A DNA stretch of 64,000 nt from positions 64,356,001 to 64,420,000 of the forward strand of contig OX597827.1 of the NCBI GenBank assembly GCA_951406725.2, read 5' to 3'. Below, piece after piece: positions 55,406-64,000 of the stretch (position 1 is its first letter; every line of letters begins with the position of its first letter). Below the pieces are notes generated by a model. It was not told the DNA's origin and made no database searches. It saw only the letters and a program-made list of their open reading frames with translations. The DNA comes from Octopus vulgaris (Eukaryota). The position numbers were made by a program, and so were the translations under genes.

Positions 55406-55990
55406 GATTCCTTCCTCCCATTCCTCCGACTTCCTCCCGGTTTGAACCAGTTTGAGCCGGATTGAACCGGTTTGAACCAGTTTGAACCAGTTTGAACTGG
55501 TTTGATCTGGTTTGAACTGGTTTGACCCTGTTTGAACCGGTTTGAACCGGTTTGTACTGGTATGACCCGGTTTGAACCGGTTTGAAATGGTTTGACCTGG
55601 TTTGAACCTGTTTGAACCAGTTTGAACGGGTTTGATACGGTTCAAAGTGGACCAAACCGGTACAAACCGAATAAACCGGTTCAAACCGGATCAAAATGTT
55701 TGATGAAAATGTTTGATGAAAATGTTTGATGAAAATGTTTGATGAAAATTTTTGATGAAAATGTCTGATGAAAATGTCTGATGAAAAATGTTTGATGAAA
55801 ATGTCTAATGAAAAACGTTTGATGAAAGTGTTTGAACTGGTTTGATCCGGTTTGAACCGGTGTGAACCAGTTTGAACCAGTTGGAACCGTTTTGAATTGG
55901 TTAGATCCGGTTTGAACTTGTTTGATGTGGTTGATCCGGTTTGAGCCGGCTTGAACCTGTTTAATGTTTGATGAAAATGTCTGATGAAAT
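55406..55990. repeat. Junction cassette: C fragment, B, A, B, A (second copy)
   Basis: Homologous to 28540-29290. Confidence 0.92.
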
Positions 55991-56077
55991 TTATTTATTT
56001 ATAGATTCTATTTATCGATTCAATTTTATAGATTCTATTTATAGATTCTATTTACAGATTCTATTGATAGATTCTAT

Positions 56078-56112
<35 letters not shown>

Positions 56113-58652
56113 TAGATTCTATTTATAGATTCTATTTATAGATTCTATATATAGATACTATTTATAGATTCTATTTATAGATTATATTTATAGATACTAT
56201 TTATAGATTTGAACCAGTTTGAACCGGTTTGAACCAGTTTGAACCGGTTTGAACTGGTTTGACCCGGTTTGAACCGGTTTGAATTTATAGCTACTATTTA
56301 TAGATTCTATTTATAGATTCTATTTATAGATTCTATTTATAGATTCTATTTATAGATTCTATTAATAGATTCTATTTATAGATTCTATTTATTTATTTAT
56401 TTATTTATAGATTCTATTTATAGATTCTATTTATAGATTCTATTTATAGATACTATTTATAGATTCTATTTATAGATTCTATATATAGATTCTAATTATA
56501 AATTCTATTTATAGATTCTATTCATTTATTTATTTATTTATTTATTTATAGATTCTATTTATAGATTCTATTTATAGATTCTATTTATATATTTATTTAT
56601 TTATTTATAGATTCTATATATAGATTCTATTTATAGATTCTATTTATAGATTCTATTTATAAATTCTATTTATAGATTCTATTCATTTATTTATTTATTT
56701 ATTTATTTATAGATTCTATTTATAGATTCTTTTTATAGATTCTATTTATAGATTCTATTTATAGATTCTATTTATAGATTCTCTTTATAGATTCTATTTA
56801 TAGATTCTATTTATAGATTCTATTTATAGATACAATTTATTTACTTATTTTTTTATTTATAGATTCTATTTATAGATTCTATTTAAGGATTCTATTAATA
56901 GATTCTATTTATAGATTCTATTAATAGATTCTATTAATAGATTCTATTAATAGATTCTATTTATAGATTCTATTTATAGATTCTATATATAGATTCTATT
57001 TATAGATTCTATTTATTTATTTATTTATTTATAGATTCTATTTATAGATTCTATTTATAGATTCTATTTATAGATTCTATTTATAGATTCTATTAGTATC
57101 TATAAATAGAATCTATAAATAGAATCTATAAATAAATAAATAAATAAATAGTATTTATAAATAGAATCTATAAATAGAATCTATAAATAGAATCTATAAA
57201 TAGAATCTATAAATAGAATCTATAAGTAGAATCTATAAATAGAATCTATAAATAGAATCTATAAAAAGAATCTATAAATAAATAAATAAATAAATAGTAT
57301 CTATAAATAGAATCTATAAATAGAATCTATAAATAGAATCTATACATAAATATTCTATTTATTTATTTATTTTTTTATTTATTTATTTATTTATTTTTTT
57401 ATTTATGTATAGATTCTATTTATAGATTCTATTTATAGATTCTATTTATAGATACTATTTATTTATTTATTTATTTATAGATTCTTTTTATAGATTCTAT
57501 TTATAGATTCTATTTATAGATTCTACTTATAGATTCTATTTATAGATTCTATTTATAGATTCTATTTATAGATTCTATTTATAGATTCTATTTATAAATA
57601 CTATTTATTTATTTATTTATTTATAGAATCTTTTTATAGATTCTATTTATAGATACTAATAGAATCTATAAATAGAATCTATAAATAGAATCTATAAATA
57701 GAATCTATAAATAGAATCTATAAATAAATAAATAAATAAATAGAATCTATAAATAGAATCTATATATAGAATCTATAAATAGAATCTATAAATAGAATCT
57801 ATTAATAGAATCTATTAATAGAATCTATTAATAGAATCTATAAATAGAATCTATTAATAGAATCCTTAAATAGAATCTATAAATAGAATCTATAAATAAA
57901 AAAATAAGTAAATAAATTGTATCTATAAATAGAATCTATAAATAGAATCTATAAATAGAATCTATAAATAGAATCTATAAATAGAATCTATAAATAGAAT
58001 CTATAAATAGAATCTATAAAAAGAATCTATAAATAGAATCTATAAATAAATAAATAAATAAATAAATGAATAGAATCTATAAATAGAATTTATAAATAGA
58101 ATCTATAAATAGAATCTATAAATAGAATATATATATAGAATCTATAAATAAATAAATAAATATATAAATAGAATCTATAAATAGAATCTATAAATAGAAT
58201 CTATAAATAGAATCTATAAATAAATAAATAAATAAATAAATGAATAGAATCTATAAATAGAATTTATAATTAGAATCTATATATAGAATCTATAAATAGA
58301 ATCTATAAATAGTATCTATAAATAGAATCTATAAATAGAATCTATAAATAGAATCTATAAATAAATAAATAAATAAATAGAATCTATAAATAGAATCTAT
58401 TAATAGAATCTATAAATAGAATCTATAAATAGAATCTATAAATAGAATCTATAAATAGAATCTATAAATAGTAGCTATAAATTCAAACCGGTTCAAACCG
58501 GGTCAAACCAGTTCAAACCGGTTCAAACTGGTTCAAACCGGTTCAAACTGGTTCAAATCTATAAATAGTATCTATAAATATAATCTATAAATAGAATCTA
58601 TAAATAGTATCTATATATAGAATCTATAAATAGAATCTATAAATAGAATCTA

Positions 58653-58687
<35 letters not shown>

Positions 58688-58775
58688 ATAGAATCTATCA
58701 ATAGAATCTGTAAATAGAATCTATAAATAGAATCTATAAAATTGAATCGATAAATAGAATCTATAAATAAATAAA
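55991..58775. repeat. Satellite D containing the centre of the giant palindrome and two mirrored B inserts
   Basis: B inserts at ~56208-56283 and ~58482-58557. Symmetry centre ~57376. Confidence 0.95.
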
Positions 58776-59268
58776 TTTCATCAGACATTTTCATCAAACA
58801 TTAAACAGGTTCAAGCCGGCTCAAACCGGATCAACCACATCAAACAAGTTCAAACCGGATCTAACCAATTCAAAACGGTTCCAACTGGTTCAAACTGGTT
58901 CACACCGGTTCAAACCGGATCAAACCAGTTCAAACACTTTCATCAAACGTTTTTCATTAGACATTTTCATCAAACATTTTTCATCAGACATTTTCATCAG
59001 ACATTTTCATCAAAAATTTTCATCAAACATTTTCATCAAACATTTTCATCAAACATTTTCATCAAACATTTTGATCCGGTTTGAACCGGTTTTATTCGGT
59101 TTGTACCGGTTTGGTCCACTTTGAACCGTATCAAACCCGTTCAAACTGGTTCAAACAGGTTCAAACCGGGTCAAACCATTTCAAACCGGTTCAAACCGGG
59201 ACATACCAGTACAAACCGGTTCAAACCGGTTCAAACAGGGTCAAACCAGTTCAAACCAGATCAAACCA
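58776..59268 (-). repeat. Inverted copy of the 55490-55990 A/B cassette
   Basis: Near-exact reverse complement, including the rare variants GGTTCAAAGTGGACC and GGTGTGAACC. Confidence 0.95.
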
Positions 59269-60391
59269 CTATTTATTTATTTATTTATTTATAGATTCTA
59301 TTTATAGATTCTATTTATAGATTCTATTTATAGATTCTATGTATAGATTCTATTTATAGATTCTATTTATAGATTCTATTTATAGATTCTATTTATAGAT
59401 ACTATTTATTTATTTATTTATTTATTTATTTATAGATTCTATTTATAGATTCTATTTATAGATTCTATTTATAGATTCTATTTATAGATTCTATTTATAG
59501 ATACTATTTATTTATTTATTTATTTATTTATACATTCTATTTATAGATTCTATTTATAGATTCTATTTATAGATTCTATTTATAGATTCTCTTTATAGAT
59601 TCTATTTATAGATTCTATTTATACATACTATTTATTTATTTATTTATTTATAGATTCTATTTATAGATTCTATTTATAGATTCTATTTATAGATTCTATT
59701 TATAGATTCTATTCATAGATTCTATTTATAGATACTATTTATTTATTTATTTATTTATTTATAGATTCTATTAATAGATTCTATTTATAGATTCTATTTA
59801 TAGATTCTATTTATAGATTCTATTTATAGATTCTATTTATAGATTCTATTTAGAGATACTATTTATTTATTTATTTATTTATTTATATATTCTATTTATA
59901 GATTCTATTTATAGATTCTATTTATAGATTCTATTTATAGATTCTATTTATAGATTCTATTTATAGATTCTATTTATAGATATTATTTATATATTTATTT
60001 ATTTATTTATTTATAGATTCTATTTATAGATTCTATTTATAGATTCTATTTATAGATTCTATTTATAGATTCTATTTATTTATTTATTTATTTATTTATA
60101 GATTCTATTTATAGATTCTATTTATAGATACTATTTATAGATTCTATTTATAGATTCTATTTATAGCTTCTATTTATCTATTCTATTTATAGATTCTATT
60201 TATAGATACTAATTATTTATTTATTTATTTATTTATAGATTCTATTTATAGATTCTATTTATAGATTCTATTTATAGATACTATTTATAGATTCTATTTA
60301 TAGATTCTATTTATAGATTCTATTTATAGATTCTATTTATAGATTCTATTTATAGATCATATTTATAGATTCTATTTATTTATTTATATAT

Positions 60392-60426
<35 letters not shown>

Positions 60427-61129
60427 TAGATTCTATTTATAGTTTCTATTTATAGATTCTATTTATAGATACTATTTATTTATTTATTTATTTATAGATT
60501 CTATTTATAGATTCTATTTATAGATTCTATTTATAGATTCTATTATAGATTCTATTTATATATTCTATTTATAGATTCTATTTATAGATTCTATTTATAG
60601 ATTCTATTTATAGATTCTATTATAGATTCTATTAATAGATACTATTTATTTATTTTCTATTTATAGATTCTATTTATAGATTCTATTTATAGATTCTATT
60701 TATAGATTCTATTTATAAATTCTATTAATAGATTCGATTTATAGATTCTATTTATAGATTCTATTTATAGATTCTAATTATAGATTCTATTTATAGATTC
60801 TATTCATAGATTCTATTTATTTATTTATTTATTTATTTATAGATTCTATTTATAGATACTATTTATAGATTCTATTTATAGATTCTATTTATAGATTCTA
60901 TTTATAGATTATATTTATAGATTCTCTTTATAGATTCTATTTATAGATACTAATTATTTATTTATTTATTTATTTATAGATTCTATTTATAGATTCTATT
61001 TATAGATTCTATTTAAAGATTCTATTTATAGATTCTATTTATAGATTCGATTTATAGATTCTATTTATAGATTCTATTTATAGATACTATTTATAGATTA
61101 TATTTATAGATCCTATTAATAGATTCTAT

Positions 61130-61164
<35 letters not shown>

Positions 61165-61940
61165 TTTTATTTATATATAGATTCTATTTATAGATTCTAT
61201 TTATAGATTCTATTTATAGATACTATTTATTATTTATTTATTTATAGATTCTTTTATAGATTCTATTTATAGATTCTATTTATAGATTCTATTTATAGAT
61301 TCTATTTATAGATTCTATTTATAGATTCTATTTATAGATTCTATTTATAGATTCTATTTATAAATTTATTTATTTATTTATTTATTTATAGATTCTATTT
61401 ATAGATTCTATTTATAGATACTATTTATAGATTCTATTTATTTATTTATTTATTTATTTATAGATTCTATTTATAGATTCTATTTATAGATTCACTATTT
61501 ATTTATTTATTTATTTATAGATTCTATTTATAGATTCTATTTATAGATTCTATTTATAGATTCTATGTATAGATTCTATTTATAGATTCTATTTATAGAT
61601 TCTATTTATAGATTCTATTTATAGATACTATTTATTTATTTATTTATTTATTTATAGATTCTATTTATAGATTCTATTTATAGATTCTGTTTATAGATTC
61701 TATTTATAGATTCTATTTATAGATACTATTTATTTATTTATTTATTTATTTATACATTCTATTTATAGATTCTATTTATAGATTCTATTTATAGATTCTA
61801 TTTATAGATTCTATTTATAGATTCTATTTATACATACTATTTATTTATTTATTTATTTATAGATTCTATTTATAGATTCTATTTATAGATTCTATTTATA
61901 GATTCTATTTATAGATTCTATTTATAGATTCTATTTATAG

Positions 61941-61972
<32 letters not shown>

Positions 61973-62586
61973 TAGATTCTATTTATAGATTCTATTTATA
62001 GATTCTATTTATAGATTCTATTTATAGATTCTATTTATAGATTCTATTTATAGATTCTATTTAGAGATACTATTTATTTATTTATTTATTTATTTATTTA
62101 TATATTCTATTTATAGATTCTATTTATAGATTCTATTTATAGGTTCTATTTATAGATTCTATTTATAGATTCTATTTATAGATTCTATTTATAGATATTA
62201 TTTATTTATATTTATTTATTTATTTAGATTCTATTTATAGATTCTATTTATAGATTCTATTTATAGATTCTATTTATAGATTCTATTTATTTATTTATTT
62301 ATTTATTTATAGATTCTATTTATAGATTCTATTTAAAGATACTATTTATAGATTCTATTTATAGATTCTATTTATAGCTTCTATTTATTTATTCTCTTTA
62401 TAGATTCTATTTATAGATACTAATTATTTATTTATTTATTTATTTATAGATTCTATTTATAGATTCTATTTATAGATTCTATTTATAGATACTATTTATA
62501 GATTCTATTTATAGATTCTATTTATAGATTCTATTTATAGATTCTATTTATAGATTCTATTTATAGATCCTATTAATAGATTCTAT

Positions 62587-62625
<39 letters not shown>

Positions 62626-63321
62626 TAGATTCTATTTATAGTTTCTATTTATAGATTCTATTTATAGATACTATTTATTTATTTATTTATTTATAGATTC
62701 TATTTATAGATTCTATTTATAGATTCTATTTATAGATTCTACTTATAGATTCTATTTATAGATTCTATTTATAGATTCTATTTATAGATTCTATTTATAG
62801 ATTCTACTTATAGATTCTATTAATAGATACTATTTATTTATTTACTTATTTATAGATTCTATTTATAGATTCTATTTATAGATTCTATTTATAGATTCTA
62901 TTTATAAATTCTATTAATAGATTCATTTATAGATTCTATTTATAGATTCTATTTATAGATTCTAATTACAGATTCTATTTATAGATTCTATTCATAGATT
63001 CTATTTATTTATTTATTTATTTATTTATAGATTCTATTTATAGATACTATTTATAGATTCTATTTATAGATTCTATTTATAGATTCTATTTATAGATTAT
63101 ATTTATAGATTCTCTTTATAGATTCAATTTATAGATACTAATTATTTATTTATTTATTTATTTATTTATAGATTCTATTTATAGATTCTATTTATAGATT
63201 CTATTTATAGATACTATTTATAGATTCTATTTATAGATTCGATTTATAGATTCTATTTATAGATTCTATTTATAGATACTATTTATAGATTATATTTATA
63301 GATCCTATTAATAGATTCTAT

Positions 63322-63366
<45 letters not shown>

Positions 63367-64000
63367 TTTATGTATAGATTCTATTTATAGATTCTATTTA
63401 TAGATTCTATTTATAGATACTATTTATTTATTTATTTATTTATAGATTCTTTTTATAGATTCTATTTATAGATTCTATTTATAGATTCTACTTATAGATT
63501 CTCTTTATAGATTCTATTTATAGATTCTATTTATAGATTCTATTTATAGATTCTATTTATAAATACTATTTATTTATTTATTTATTTATAGATTCTATTT
63601 ATAGATTCTATTTATAGATACTAATAGAATCTATAAATAGAATCTATAAATAGAATCTATAAATAGAATCTATAAATAGAATCTATAAATAAATAAATAA
63701 ATAAATAGAATCTATAAATAGAATCTATATATAGAATCTATAAATAGAATCTATAAATAGAATCTATTAATAGAATCTATAAATAGAATCTATAAATAGA
63801 ATCTATTAATAGAATCTATTAATAGAATCTATAAATAGAATCTATTAATGGAATCTATAAATAAATAAATAAGTAAATAAATTGTATCTATAAATAGAAT
63901 CTATAAATAGAATCTATAAATAGAATCTATTAATAGAATCTAATAGAATCTATTAATAGAATCTATAAATAGAATCTATTAATAGAATCTATAAATAGAA
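59269..64000. repeat. Satellite D, right arm of the giant palindrome, running off the window
   Basis: Rare variants mirror those at ~50900-55200. Confidence 0.95.

Noticed and set aside
15381-64000. Whole satellite domain as an in vitro polymerase or sequencing artefact
   Set aside because: Diverged subfamilies, nested duplications with shared rare variants and a host retroelement insertion indicate genomic evolution. Only the terminal palindrome remains suspect.

Overview
Eukaryotic, AT-rich, non-coding DNA; I can support no protein-coding or structural RNA gene, and the listed ORFs are by-products of repeats. The tRNA-derived SINEs match, from memory, abundant octopus (cephalopod) SINE families, so an Octopus genome is likely (inference). 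Bases 1 to ~15,380 are an interspersed-repeat landscape: hairpin MITEs, two inverted copies of a TA-flanked Tc1/mariner-pogo MITE, a non-autonomous Helitron, several SINEs and long microsatellites. From ~15,380 to the end is a mosaic of five unrelated satellites: A (TGATGAAAATGTT, 13/14 bp), B (AAACCGGTTC, 10 bp), C (58 bp, GGAATGTTCAATATTCC core), D (GATTCTATTTATA, 13 bp) and E (TATGCAAATTATG(TA)n, ~20-26 bp). They are joined by recurrent junctions and arranged into higher-order repeats of ~0.35, ~0.8 and ~4.8 kb, with many strand inversions and a palindrome of at least 13 kb centred near 57,376. The most striking observation is that the satellite units are close to textbook transcription-factor sites: B = CP2/Grainyhead (CCRGTTCAAACCRG, AACCGGTT), D = MEF2 (CTA(A/T)4TAG), E = POU octamer (ATGCAAAT), C = TEAD/HSE-like and A = C/EBP-ATF composite-like. 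The motif matches are seen directly; any function is a hypothesis. Satellite block boundaries are approximate (about +/-20 bp).
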